IMG/VR virus record: IMGVR_UViG_3300029305_003178
Coordinates: 163,230-227,229 of that record
Direction: 5' to 3' (one strand)
Length of the DNA stretch: 64,000 nucleotides
From: a virus
Taxonomy: Duplodnaviria; Caudoviricetes
Shown here: positions 20,501-29,668 of the stretch, in pieces
Position numbering within the stretch: position 1 is the first letter of the stretch
Layout: each line of letters starts with the position of its first letter
Made by a program: the position numbers and the translations under genes
Notes under the pieces: model-generated
Told to the model about the DNA's origin: nothing
Database searches by the model: none
Seen by the model: only the letters and a program-made list of their open reading frames with translations

Positions 20501-23132
20501 AACTTATAAGATGTTTTTTAAAGATACCAAAAACACTATTTTCTTTATCACCCTTAATTTCATTACCATCTTTATCTTTAAAATCTTTACCAGTGAAGTA
20601 ACTTATAAAACGATTACCCATTTCTTTCATATTATTAAATACGTCGGAGAATAAGCCACCTTCTCTATAACCTCCCTCACCTTCACCTTTTTTACCAAAA
20701 GTAAAATCGAATCCTTTACCAAAGATTTCTTTAAATTTTTCCCATTGTTTACTATTCTGAATTTTAGTAATCAGGCCCTCTTCACCAAAGAGTTTTTCAT
20801 CAGCTTTAGTTAAGAAAGAATCTAATTTGCCTCTAATCCAATCCATACCATCACCGAATTTATCACCAATGAACTCAAATATGGATTTAGGATCTTTATC
20901 AGTTCTAGTTTTACTAGGGAAAATAATATTAAATAAACCTTCATCAAGCTTATCAATAAATTTTTCAGCTATTTTTGCAGGAGCTTGTAACAGTCCATGA
21001 ATATGTTGAAAAATGCTTTTTTTCTCAATAACATCTTTTTTAGAATTAATAAATCCTTCCACAGACTTATCATCTGTTGGAGTAAAGTTTATTGTTTTCT
21101 TCTCATATTCAGCGATTCTTTCACGAAGTTCATCTTCATCCATATTATAAAGATCATCAAGACTTTCAACAGATGTAATACCTCGTTCTTCGTTAGTTTT
21201 TTTAGCAAGTTCACGATCTTTTTTAAGTTGCTCCTGCCAATCTCTATATTTCTTTTTCTCATCATCTGTCATATCTGCATACTCTTTTGTTTTCCATGTA
21301 TCTAATGACGATGATAAAGAATATCCAGAACTAGATCTATCTTTATAAAGTTCATTATGAACCATAGATCCATCATTATTAATTTGAGCATCTCTAAAGA
21401 AATCTGTTCTAGCCTCTCTAGCCTCAAATTTATCTCTACCAAACAGATTCATCAGTTCATTACGTTTTAATAAACTTAAAGTAGTTCTAAATAACTTCTG
21501 TTCATCATCTGTCAAGTCATCGAATACTTCAGCAAGAGAGTTTTTAGTATCAGGATCATCTGGATCAAAATCTCTAGGATTTATAAACATATCAGAATTA
21601 GTATATCTTAAAAATCCCTTTCTGATTTTATCCTTTAATGGATCTAATGCATTATCATTACCTTCAACCTTACCAAAATTCAGTAAATCAAATACTTTAT
21701 CTAATCCTTCATAAGACGATAAAATAGTTCTTTTACGATCTTCTTCAAATCTTTCTGTTAATGCATCTACTGTAGTAAATACGCCACGATTATAATCAAA
21801 TGTTAATCGTTCAGTATCACCATTTAAAGCACTTAAGATTTTACTTAAATAACCAGGAATTACTTCAACGATAGATTTTCTTGTTATACCGTCAAAATCA
21901 ACTTTCCCTCTTTCGAAATCTGCCGTATTTACCATGGTTTTAATCTCTTGATTATACCCAAAGATTTCACCAAGAGTTTGTAATAAAATATTTGAACTTC
22001 CTTTAAGTCCATCAACCTTACCAAGCAATGCAGGGAAGAATGCACCTAAAGTTTTATCAAATGCTCCTGCAGTACTACGCAAATTTTTAGGAAGAATTGA
22101 TGACATCAACATTCTCGGAATAAATGCTAATGGATTAGCAGCCAGCTGCTCAAAACCACCACTTTCCTTAAACATGCTTAAACTACTTAACAGGAAGTTA
22201 TTACTTGTCCATCGTTTAGTATTTCGTCGTACCATATCGGCGTAACCCTTAATATTAATAGCACCTGTGCTATAATCATAAGGATCATCGTACATTGGTC
22301 CATCATCAATATCTTCTTTTTCAGCATTAAATTTACGTAATTCTTCTAATACATCACGTTTTAAAGTTAATGCTTCTTCATAATATGCTAATGATGCAGA
22401 AGTAAACTTAGAAATAGTATCACCATTGAATTCAAGTAATCTACCTAAGTTTTCATTAATTACACCTAAATGCTCACCAATACCATAAATCATTTTCTGA
22501 TTTATAGCCAATGACGCACCATGTAATTTAATATCTCTATTAGCAGTATCTTTTGCTATATTAACCATTAAGTCAGTCTGTGAAGAAACAGCTCTGACCA
22601 TTGGATTATCACCATTAATATTACTAGATAAACTAATTTTTGGAGTAACACTTACATTAACTTCAGGTCTTTCAGAATCATCATCATAACCAGAAGATTC
22701 GATATCTTCATCAATATCAAAATCATCCATAGACCAATTATCGTCATTATCAAGGTCATCCATATTAAAATCGTCCATACCCATGCTTTTAGCCATAATA
22801 GCATCAGCACGTTCTTTATTATAAAATTTACCTGATTTTAGGTCTTCTTTAATATTAGCTTTTGCTGCAGATCCATAGATCAGATAGTCATCTATACTAT
22901 CACCGACCATTTTACGTAAAACTGCATTCATATTTCTTTGTTTAGAAACTGCTTTAATATCAGCTATAGTTTCTTTAACATAAGATGCATTACTTTTAAA
23001 AGTATCTGTTGTTGCAGGCATTACGTCATGCATAACATCGGCTGCTGCATATCCTAGTGACTTAGCCACATTAGCAAACCATCTATTATCAGATAATGTT
23101 TTTTTATTAACCTTTGATGGAGTCTTAGCCAT
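14511..23132 (-). CDS. Tape-measure-like tail protein with C-terminal M23 endopeptidase and phage tail lysozyme domains
   Basis: 2873 aa, helical with Gly-rich hydrophobic repeats; M23 motifs HEGVD, YAHM, GRSTGSHLHY; lysozyme motifs AGIMGNLYAESG, GIAQW, QLEFIHNEL, FERAG. Confidence 0.85.
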   Translation of the reverse strand: MAKTPSKVNKKTLSDNRWFANVAKSLGYAAADVMHDVMPATTDTFKSNASYVKETIADIKAVSKQRNMNAVLRKMVGDSIDDYLIYGSAAKANIKEDLKSGKFYNKERADAIMAKSMGMDDFNMDDLDNDDNWSMDDFDIDEDIESSGYDDDSERPEVNVSVTPKISLSSNINGDNPMVRAVSSQTDLMVNIAKDTANRDIKLHGASLAINQKMIYGIGEHLGVINENLGRLLEFNGDTISKFTSASLAYYEEALTLKRDVLEELRKFNAEKEDIDDGPMYDDPYDYSTGAINIKGYADMVRRNTKRWTSNNFLLSSLSMFKESGGFEQLAANPLAFIPRMLMSSILPKNLRSTAGAFDKTLGAFFPALLGKVDGLKGSSNILLQTLGEIFGYNQEIKTMVNTADFERGKVDFDGITRKSIVEVIPGYLSKILSALNGDTERLTFDYNRGVFTTVDALTERFEEDRKRTILSSYEGLDKVFDLLNFGKVEGNDNALDPLKDKIRKGFLRYTNSDMFINPRDFDPDDPDTKNSLAEVFDDLTDDEQKLFRTTLSLLKRNELMNLFGRDKFEAREARTDFFRDAQINNDGSMVHNELYKDRSSSGYSLSSSLDTWKTKEYADMTDDEKKKYRDWQEQLKKDRELAKKTNEERGITSVESLDDLYNMDEDELRERIAEYEKKTINFTPTDDKSVEGFINSKKDVIEKKSIFQHIHGLLQAPAKIAEKFIDKLDEGLFNIIFPSKTRTDKDPKSIFEFIGDKFGDGMDWIRGKLDSFLTKADEKLFGEEGLITKIQNSKQWEKFKEIFGKGFDFTFGKKGEGEGGYREGGLFSDVFNNMKEMGNRFISYFTGKDFKDKDGNEIKGDKENSVFGIFKKHLISFKDTMAEYIFGTNDKEGLKDKGKGFLGNIKDTLYEGGQVWLDAIFGMKDKAGEKVSAFNVGDFTEKVKNALPKALAVGLLAGGAGLLASAGGFGILGSMFLGPMSGAVLGITGGFLSQSERFKDWLFGPMDAKTNARIGGFISKGAQDFLAANKVNIIGGGTIGAISGGLGFGILPSFILGGPITGALTGIATALLLRSESFKNMLFGAKETVGNAGIVKAGAELGKSFMTAHKLKFGAGAVGGIGGMILGKGLGSFGLLGSLAINPMALAITGAATGILLTSDKWKDFLFGKAEFDANGNVTKDGGIFGRFGNYLQMEVLEPFKFTMSKWTTNIQNWFDEKIATPFSIAMVPIKEEFSRIGIRLKELGETVKDTIANLPGLQVLKDFVKKLNPIPLFKSVSKFMIEKTASVFGKVLEFPVKILSSVSERLYQRHIKEGLTHYRGLIKDEIKRRLVDNPIVQGVVKPAFTFIRNGVSDLFGFTKKLIQGTFGLLGKAMMGFGKLTLKMVSAAITTPFKAIALPFQLMGMARGSLRDRAARKGADENILDRIRDGEYESSGELLKMLAASYLPGATRRSMQYSPEGAGYAKEMLDKKNKLISDSEYRSDVRNAFLDQDEENLRNKQAEAKKNKYNKDVTSELSSKEQRKLERAKRKEEEKALKNEYGKAYTNADSIEKSRVKMDRDNHENLDTISQKTSDVTAMLENDVEIAEETRKSVKTLADLGSEKGSIFTHDDGIHQRLDKLIELVRSDSKKDISSDLEAPVDTLAKAVTKGQEVFDTNDDKEEAEKKKKEEAKAKKEQQMAESIAKARSQNLANNRQISSELADRKERTGFFNTMKNFVKDIRDDGKEHKFNWASIFGKKGLITTGLILAIPFLLKFFKDPITNISVVVGDAVTNLVNMMSGKIKEIFGLKDDDGDRTDATGTTSVNYDAMEATGVAGVTNAARIAGDKYKAFTRFKADRQILSEARQSAVSVADEGVTAATRVPLTQKIKNAVVGKIDSIKNAVTGTAGAKETTITKFINAAKSVMKSIEKYLSKYIKGKHLSTLKSIVSKILSIMNPVKLAKFSGKIAATSAKFLMIYGDIAFMAYGVATGITKSEAANLFEVSQEDVTMKMRAVSAIVKGITSSSWGSLVALINEITKSLIGFDFIKTIAELLYSGLADEDDPSISVAQQKFNSKYQDDVMVQVAASGTDEDRATFARVREKQAQLKADPSLKDNAEFMNELNTDISSLTSQSNYSKDAFNDMQNKGFFGKVVDGASKAKKWLFGGKGDEEKLAQAKSTKAMLEQMLVEDESLRNDPGFMDVLRRADDSITQNTETTSVVGRALGSVGKWFSDITGTAGDFITNAFKSLDDKFVEIQTKWETFKTNVEKKIADFWDPIVDLFTGIGEKFNGGVEKIGDSFSGFIDGAKKTGSKVWNWVTSKFNFGGREDISLDDFDSEYNKFAKKHQGGAVLSQYQNYRKHLTSDFGFRNDPFTGKPSGHEGVDMARGLGSRIAAFVPGTVIAANHIDPATNDAPSGKGRGYGNNVIVKDKYGKLHLYAHMNSIDVKEGDTVELGDTIGREGSTGRSTGSHLHYSVMGSKYGNYVDPNKYIEGFDSGNPDLALAENTDDEFATVNPSTGVDTGMSTVIDVMSSTLNNVLAQAGLAAPTTADATSISADGVSTAINTNLPDGETPDKVWQFFTQNGYSKEATAGIMGNLYAESGMNPAAIQHGSGHAAGIAQWESYKNKAGRWLNMSNYAKKKGKDWTDLGSQLEFIHNELGSLDYYFKNDIKYGGNIAGSTLTNAGAVPTTYAEWKRSTDVDMATRQFEGAFERAGKPHMDRRLEAARGYYQKYSKTGTIYDNDSRKASHNQGGLDGQMVKVGSRIPDSKFVMTAPKDLFKDKFANNGIGGIGDVIETVAATAKTSGTDTTVVDNIVKIVTLLTEIATNTRNTTDNTAKIASKENAPTAVVANTNNVSSNPMFDIAKQRREEQTKSKYAIAKAVAQGIH

Positions 23133-23160
23133 ATCGATTAACTCCTTTCTTCAATAGTAT

Positions 23161-23172
23161 TAAAGTAATGTT
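23161..23172 (-). promoter_or_regulatory. Representative late promoter motif AACA-N6-TA
   Basis: Recurs at 216, 5755, 10412, 14433, 23161, 28449, 28841, 50194 (-) and 5813, 30174, 42449, 53235, 54265, 62249 (+). Confidence 0.7.
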
Positions 23173-23259
23173 TTCATTAACCAATTTCAATGGATTTACT
23201 AAAAAGACAAAAAAAAAGACGTATAGGAAATTAATCCTATACGTCTAAAAATAATTCAA

Positions 23260-23817
23260 TTATTTATTTTTTACTTTTTCTTTACACCATTTAGGTGCTT
23301 TACCTTTGCATTCCAGTTTTTTGTGTTTCTTTGTTTTAACTGTGGATTCTGTCTGAGGTGTTGTATCACCGGGTTTACGAATAGATTTGTAAACTTTTTC
23401 AGAAGGACCAATATCAGCCAGTGTCAGAGAACCAACGAAATCAGGTCTAGGAACAAAGTCGAATTTCTTATCGGCTTCGATATATTTATAAATGATTTCG
23501 GAAGCGATTTCATACATACCGCTAACATCTTTAATAGATACTGTCATGAATTTTTCAGCATCCTGAGCATCCATACCAACTGCAATAGCCAGTTTCTTCA
23601 GGCTTTCTCTGTACAGTTCAACAGGTTTAATTGTCTTTTCAACCATTACACCATTTTTGATAGATGCTGTTGTCATTTCATATTCTGTTTCATTCAGCAG
23701 TGCTTTCAGCATATCGTCAAAATCGGATCTGCTAAATGTTTTTTTCTTTTTACCATTAGGTGTTGTTTTCACACCTTCTTTAATTTCATTCCATACTTCT
23801 GCAAATGTTTTACTCAT
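23260..23817 (-). CDS. Basic hypothetical protein, possibly nucleic-acid binding and highly expressed
   Basis: AGGAGG RBS, Lys-rich, biased codon use (CTG, CAG). Confidence 0.7.
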   Translation of the reverse strand: MSKTFAEVWNEIKEGVKTTPNGKKKKTFSRSDFDDMLKALLNETEYEMTTASIKNGVMVEKTIKPVELYRESLKKLAIAVGMDAQDAEKFMTVSIKDVSGMYEIASEIIYKYIEADKKFDFVPRPDFVGSLTLADIGPSEKVYKSIRKPGDTTPQTESTVKTKKHKKLECKGKAPKWCKEKVKNK

Positions 23818-23911
23818 TTTACTTACCTCCTATGATGTCTTATTAAATTATGTGTGTTAATAATTTACTTAATAGTTTTCCCTATAATATTTTATTACAC
23901 GGAAATTCCTA

Positions 23912-24181
23912 TTAGATAGAAATTGTGAATCCCATTGGTGCAGGAATCGTTGTTCCTGGAATGACTTTAATAACATCTTCCTGATTACCAGAACCAATGA
24001 TTTCAGTTGCATCAACATAATTATCATCGAAAAATGTTTCAAATGCATCAGAAGTTTCTTTCTTCTTGGATTCTTTCTTTTTCATTTTCTTCTCATACTT
24101 TTCAATTTTCTTATCGATATGCTTAAATACTTTATCGATATTAAAATTATTTGGGTTAATATCCATATTACTCACCTCCAA
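23912..24181 (-). CDS. Hypothetical protein (likely true start at ATG ~24166)
   Basis: GGAGGTG RBS; early motif at 24279-24291 (-). Confidence 0.65.
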   Translation of the reverse strand: MEVSNMDINPNNFNIDKVFKHIDKKIEKYEKKMKKKESKKKETSDAFETFFDDNYVDATEIIGSGNQEDVIKVIPGTTIPAPMGFTISI

Positions 24182-24292
24182 TATTAATATGTATTATACC
24201 TATTACTCTCATTGTTAGAGCTTATTTAAAAAGTGAATATGAATAATACGAGATTATTCATATTCACAATTCATCATAATAATATATATTTA

Positions 24293-27200
24293 TTATTCGT
24301 TATAAATTTCTTCTAAATGACGTTTTAATTCAATAAGAACTTTATTTGCAAACATCGTATAGATGATTGATGGAGTCATACGAGCTAATACGGCATTTGG
24401 ACTTAGGAATGCAGATACTTCTTCATTTGGTCTATATTCGGAATAGGGCTCATAACCTTCTGGAACTACTTCACCAATGATAGATTTTAAGGCACTAAAG
24501 AAAGTTATTTTGTCACCTACAGTAAGGACATCTCGATATTTAATATAGAATTCGATTAATACACCATCAAATAACTCTCTACCTTTAATCTTACCATTTG
24601 TACCTGGTTCTAATTTCTTAGTACTTTCTGTAATCATCATACCTGCTTTAACAATACTATCTGTTTTATCATATTTATTAAGCAGATTCTTTTTCTTATT
24701 GATTTTGCCATAATATTGTGTTACTAATCTTCTAAGACTAGGAGATAGTTCATCTAATTCAACTGAAGTATAGATTTTAATATCTTCAATAACACCAGCA
24801 TATTTAGTTTTAATAGGATATTTACCTAAAGACTTAATCTCATCAATAGCTAAATCATCACCAATGTCTGCTAAGAATTTATTGTATACATCATTATCAA
24901 ATGATGTTTCATATTCAATGAGGACATCGTCAACTTTAACAACATCACCAATATTTACCATATTAGAGATATTAGCATTTTTACCTATAACAACATCTTT
25001 CATCATAATAATATCAGATGCCATTTCCTCAGACATTTTCTTAGTAACATATGTAGAGTCTTCATATGTAATATAAGAAGACATGATAGCAATTTTCTGC
25101 ATAGAACCGATGTTAAAACGATTACCATGAAGAGTTTCATTACTAAAGAATTTATTTTCATATGCTACAATATCATTAGCTTTTACCTTATCTCCAACCT
25201 TTAAATCACATTGTAATTGATTGGATAAATAAAAACCTGAGTCAGAGTTTTTAACAATTCTTGGTTTAATGTCAATTGCTTTATGGGTACCATCATTATA
25301 AGCAATAACAGCAATACCAACATCTTCATTTATTTCTACAATTTTACCATCCTTTTCAGCTCTTACAATAAAGTCATCGGACAGATATTGTTGGATTACC
25401 TGCTCAGCACCATTGGAAATAAGTACTGGAGAAGATTTTGCAACTGGAACTGTGTGCTTTGACTGCTTCGCTGCCATTGCTGTACGTGATGAGTCATCGT
25501 GTGTAATACCCATAGTAGTCAGAAGCTCGGAAGGAGAAAATAAATTAACATCGGACAGTTCATTGATTTTATCATCATTAATATCAATAAAACCTCTCGC
25601 ATTTTTAACATTAGGTTCCATTGTAAGGAATCTAGAAACACCTACATTACCATCAGGTGATGTATTGATTGCTAAGATACCGGCCATAGTTTTATCATAA
25701 GTTCTCTTATCGAGAGTATATGCTTCAGACACGTTTAAACCATTATAGCCCTTATAGGTAATAGCTCTCGTCTTTTCCAATTCATATATTGGATTTAATG
25801 TAGAAATTGATTCTACTGTCTGTAAAGCCATTAATTCTTTAATAACAGCATTTCTAGGCATAGAAATTTTAATTGGATTTTTATTATATGCTGTTGCTTT
25901 GTATTTACCATAAGCATTAGCTAATTCTTTATAGAACAGAGCATTTACAACTTCATTCGATCTAATTCTATAAAGATTCATATTGTTTTCTCTAATATAT
26001 TTATTATCACCGAGCAATACATTTGCACATAATACAACACTAACGAAATCAGTAGGATAGTCTAATTCTTCTAATACTTCTTTAGTAATTGGATCTATCA
26101 TAAAATCGTAGAATGTATCAAATGCGTTTGCTAAGTTTCTAGCACTATATAAAATATCAAATAATTCCACATATGTATTTTTATCATCGAAGTCAGCATA
26201 ATTATAAGATTTTGTGGGTAAATATAATAATGCATTTAATAATAAAGAATTTTCAATGGGATATCTATCGAATACGAGATAACCATCAGCAAATTCAACA
26301 TATGTTTCATTATCGGATACTTTTGGTCTAGTATCTGAGAAATAATGTCTAACATTACCTTTTTTCAATACAGTAGATAAGCCCTCACAATAACCAACTA
26401 ACAGGACTATAGGAACCTTCTTACCCATTACTGTTGCTCTACTATACATAAATTTCTTTGTAGTAACATCAGTTTCTTCATAAGTTTTCTGGAAAGATGG
26501 ATCCATAATAGATACAATATAATCAATCATATCCAATTCACCAATCTTTTCAGTTTTTTTATCTAATAAAATAGGTTTTTCACCTTTAAGAAAACCTATA
26601 CAAATTTTATCATCTGGAATCTTAGTTGATCCTAATCTATCATGGATATCTTTCTGGTTAAAAATAATTTCGTTACCATTAGATTTAATACTATTGATAG
26701 ATTGAGAAATATCATCATATTCTAAAGTTGTATTATAATTGAAGTTGATCTCGGATGCATCACCCATCAGTACTTTAACTTTAGGATTAGTCGCAGATAA
26801 AGCTTTTTTAAATCTCTCTGCTTTAGGAGTTAATTTTGCACCAATTCTATAAATAAAGATTTTATTATAGTTAGTACAAATCTGAACTTCATCTGGACCA
26901 GTTTTACAAATTGGTTTCATAAACAGCTGTTTATTAATAATTTTTCTATTACCATCAATATATAAGAATTTATCATCAACGAACTTAGGAATATCTACAA
27001 CTACTGTATGTCTAACTCTATTAGCATCTTCGAGTTTAATTGTATATGTATCCATATAATTCAATTCATCAGAACTATCTTTAATATCGATATCTAATAC
27101 ATAAACTGGAATAGATTTATCATTTAAAGCCGTGATAGAGTTGACGAAGTCCTGCTTCATTAATTTGTCATTATATTCTTTCTCAAACTTATTAAATCTA

Positions 27201-28420
27201 ATTTTTGTAGCATTAGGATTAGTGGTAGTTACCTTAGATGAAATGTCTGTAACTGGAAGTGGTTTACTATTATCCATCTTCTTAATATCACCTAAAGTTT
27301 TACCTTCTAATTTAATCTTTTGCTGTTTTTTCTTTAGCTCTTCATCACGTTTAAGAGATGCTGTTGTCTTACCAGTAGATTTAACTTGTTGAATATTGTA
27401 TATATCTGATAATAACTCATTATCAACTTCAATCTCATCATCATCGATATCCAATTCTTTCTTAAGTTCTTCTTTCTCATTTTTAAGAACTTCAGTTTTA
27501 TCTATATTCTTCTCAGCTATTTTACTAGCAATTTTCTCTTCTTTTGGTACTTCTTTTAATGTATCTGGTGTTATAGCTATAACATCATTTTCATCAGATT
27601 TTTTATTTTTTTCATCTGATTTTGTACCAGTAAAATTATACTCTGGAGCAATAGTTGTGACTATTTTATCCTTTAACTCAGATTTAGTTAATTCTTTTTC
27701 AAAAGTTTCTTCATCATCTAAATTAATATGTTTGAGTATAGTATTTAGTCTCTGCTTAAAAATAGGAAAATCTTTTTCTTCACATTTAGATGGATTGAAT
27801 CTAAATATGCTATCTGTTGTATATAAAAAGATTTCTTTATCCCCAAGCTTTTTAAATGTATCAAAATATTTTTTATATGCTGTAAAAATATAAATAATTG
27901 GATTATCAATTTTATTAAACTTCATCCAACTATCAATATTAATAAAAATAAATTTATTATTATATGATGATACAATCTGATTAGACATGATTTTATTAAA
28001 ATAATTAATATACTCTTCAATCTTTCTTTTCATTGAAGGTACCTTAATATATTTAAAGAAAATCTGATTATATACAGAAATATCATAATATAAATTCTTA
28101 TGATTAATTACATCAAATCTCATAGGAGTCTGTAATCCATATTTTGTTGAAATCTGTTTATATAATACTTTTCTACTATCTTTATAATCAAGTCTAACTT
28201 GCTTATTTACAATCTTTTCAAAGTATTTTGCATCAATATAATAATTTCTATAATATCTTCTAGGGTTTATTAATTTATTTCCGATAAGTAATGAAATATC
28301 CTTAGTATCATTATTATTTAAGATAATAAGATTATCTTTATTACTATCATCGGAGGCATCAGGCATCCATACACCTAATTTATATACCTTCAAATAAGGT
28401 ATTTCGTTAATATATAACAT
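24293..28420 (-). CDS. Phage multisubunit RNA polymerase beta-like subunit, probably of the virion RNAP
   Basis: YIDGNRKII, TSPDGNVGV, HDDSSRTAMAAKQSKH, VGDKITFFSALKSII and SPNAVLARMT correspond to conserved RpoB blocks; lacks the extreme RpoB C-terminus; late motif at 28449-28460. Confidence 0.9.
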   Translation of the reverse strand: MLYINEIPYLKVYKLGVWMPDASDDSNKDNLIILNNNDTKDISLLIGNKLINPRRYYRNYYIDAKYFEKIVNKQVRLDYKDSRKVLYKQISTKYGLQTPMRFDVINHKNLYYDISVYNQIFFKYIKVPSMKRKIEEYINYFNKIMSNQIVSSYNNKFIFINIDSWMKFNKIDNPIIYIFTAYKKYFDTFKKLGDKEIFLYTTDSIFRFNPSKCEEKDFPIFKQRLNTILKHINLDDEETFEKELTKSELKDKIVTTIAPEYNFTGTKSDEKNKKSDENDVIAITPDTLKEVPKEEKIASKIAEKNIDKTEVLKNEKEELKKELDIDDDEIEVDNELLSDIYNIQQVKSTGKTTASLKRDEELKKKQQKIKLEGKTLGDIKKMDNSKPLPVTDISSKVTTTNPNATKIRFNKFEKEYNDKLMKQDFVNSITALNDKSIPVYVLDIDIKDSSDELNYMDTYTIKLEDANRVRHTVVVDIPKFVDDKFLYIDGNRKIINKQLFMKPICKTGPDEVQICTNYNKIFIYRIGAKLTPKAERFKKALSATNPKVKVLMGDASEINFNYNTTLEYDDISQSINSIKSNGNEIIFNQKDIHDRLGSTKIPDDKICIGFLKGEKPILLDKKTEKIGELDMIDYIVSIMDPSFQKTYEETDVTTKKFMYSRATVMGKKVPIVLLVGYCEGLSTVLKKGNVRHYFSDTRPKVSDNETYVEFADGYLVFDRYPIENSLLLNALLYLPTKSYNYADFDDKNTYVELFDILYSARNLANAFDTFYDFMIDPITKEVLEELDYPTDFVSVVLCANVLLGDNKYIRENNMNLYRIRSNEVVNALFYKELANAYGKYKATAYNKNPIKISMPRNAVIKELMALQTVESISTLNPIYELEKTRAITYKGYNGLNVSEAYTLDKRTYDKTMAGILAINTSPDGNVGVSRFLTMEPNVKNARGFIDINDDKINELSDVNLFSPSELLTTMGITHDDSSRTAMAAKQSKHTVPVAKSSPVLISNGAEQVIQQYLSDDFIVRAEKDGKIVEINEDVGIAVIAYNDGTHKAIDIKPRIVKNSDSGFYLSNQLQCDLKVGDKVKANDIVAYENKFFSNETLHGNRFNIGSMQKIAIMSSYITYEDSTYVTKKMSEEMASDIIMMKDVVIGKNANISNMVNIGDVVKVDDVLIEYETSFDNDVYNKFLADIGDDLAIDEIKSLGKYPIKTKYAGVIEDIKIYTSVELDELSPSLRRLVTQYYGKINKKKNLLNKYDKTDSIVKAGMMITESTKKLEPGTNGKIKGRELFDGVLIEFYIKYRDVLTVGDKITFFSALKSIIGEVVPEGYEPYSEYRPNEEVSAFLSPNAVLARMTPSIIYTMFANKVLIELKRHLEEIYNE

Positions 28421-28489
28421 TATTTTACCCCCTTCTTTGATTTTGTATTAACTAAATGTTTTTCACATAGGAATCGACATAAAAATACA

Positions 28490-28841
28490 AAGACGAACCC
28501 CAAGTACACTCTTCATGTAATAGAATGCACTTGGGGAACTGTATATAAAACTAGAATTCTAGCATTTTAAATTTTAAGTACTTATAACTAATAAATGCAA
28601 AGCATTATTGAACTCCTGCGGAACCATTTAACCGATTTAGCCGACCGGCGAGGCTAACTTTCGTTATCCAGTATTATGATAGAAATTCCTCATCTTAGTA
28701 AATTTTGTAGTTTACCGAATCGGAACATAGTAAATTTCAGTAATAAAAAATATAGAGCCTTGTCTTGCAAGAGTCATCTATATTTAATCGGTAAAAACAT
28801 TTATTTTAAATACAAATATATATTATAAACACAGACCGATT
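28490..28841 (-). ncRNA. Candidate ~350-nt structured RNA
   Basis: AACA-N6-TA at 28841-28852 (-); GC-enriched ORF-free region with GNRA hairpin ggataac-GAAA-gttagcc; terminator-like hairpin at about 28498-28536. Confidence 0.45.
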
Positions 28842-28904
28842 AATAATATGTTTATATTTAATATCACTTTTAATGAAATTCATCTATAGAAAGGAAGATC
28901 GAAT

Positions 28905-29327
28905 ATGAAGGATGAAAATAAATATTTCGTTGGTATTGAAGCTGATCATATTATAGTTGATAATAACTATAAACACATGATTGAAGAAATAACTAAAGTA
29001 GATAAAAAGTTTAAAATTAAATCTTTTTCATCTTATAAGAAAGCCATCGATTATCTTGTTAGACATATGACAGATATAGATCTAATTAGATTTGGTATGT
29101 TTTATGAAATGAATCCTGAGATTGGTAAAATGGTTACATCAAATCCAAGATATAAAGAAAGAAAAGAGTATAAAGAATTAATGGAAGCATATGCAGAAGT
29201 AGAGAGATTTTATAATAACGTGTTAAAAGTAGAAAAGCAGAGACATCAAGATAAAATCTTTAATAAAAAATCTAAAGAAGAAGACGAAGAAGAATATAAA
29301 TATATTATCAATATTGAATTTAAGTAA
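28905..29327 (+). CDS. Hypothetical protein with acidic/aromatic C-terminal tail
   Basis: AAAGGAAG RBS; ends EEDEEEYKYIINIEFK. Confidence 0.75.
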   Translation: MKDENKYFVGIEADHIIVDNNYKHMIEEITKVDKKFKIKSFSSYKKAIDYLVRHMTDIDLIRFGMFYEMNPEIGKMVTSNPRYKERKEYKELMEAYAEVERFYNNVLKVEKQRHQDKIFNKKSKEEDEEEYKYIINIEFK

Positions 29328-29385
29328 AAATAAAATTATAAATTATTTTTTATTTTTGCTATAAACATAAAAGTAAAAATAAAAT

Positions 29386-29525
29386 TCCCCCGAAATAAGG
29401 GAAGGGGGGGAAAGGGGGGGATAGGATAAAATAGGTACAACCTCCCCGAAGGGGAGAACAATTAATGTACATTAAAATAGTCTCCTCAGAACGAATAAGC
29501 GGGGATCCGAAGGAAGGATACGTCA
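29386..29525. other. G-rich/hairpin island, candidate replication origin or packaging signal
   Basis: Two G7 tracts; ctcccc-GAA-ggggag and tcc-GAA-gga hairpins; flanked by AT-rich DNA near the main gene-strand switch. Confidence 0.35.
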
Positions 29526-29668
29526 TTTTAAATGACTTTTTATAACCGAGAATTCTCGATAACAAATAAATAAAAAATCAAAAATTACTATTAGATATAC
29601 ATCATTAAAAGTGTATATCTAATTTATTTTATCAATTTTTCATAATAAGAAAGAAGTGAAATCATTAT

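Noticed and set aside
19561-20601. 346-aa plus-strand ORF and other long antisense ORFs (38346-39083, 41255-41821, 46945-47556, 27396-27893, 23323-23835)
   Set aside because: They are shadows of well-supported genes on the opposite strand, with no RBS or motifs
28600-28720. Hammerhead ribozyme, RNase P RNA or tmRNA
   Set aside because: Only partial look-alikes (GATGAG...CGAAA, GAGGAA); the required CUGANGA core, P4 sequence and tRNA-like ends are missing
29359-29565. 68-aa minus-strand ORF
   Set aside because: It has no RBS and just translates the G/C-tract island
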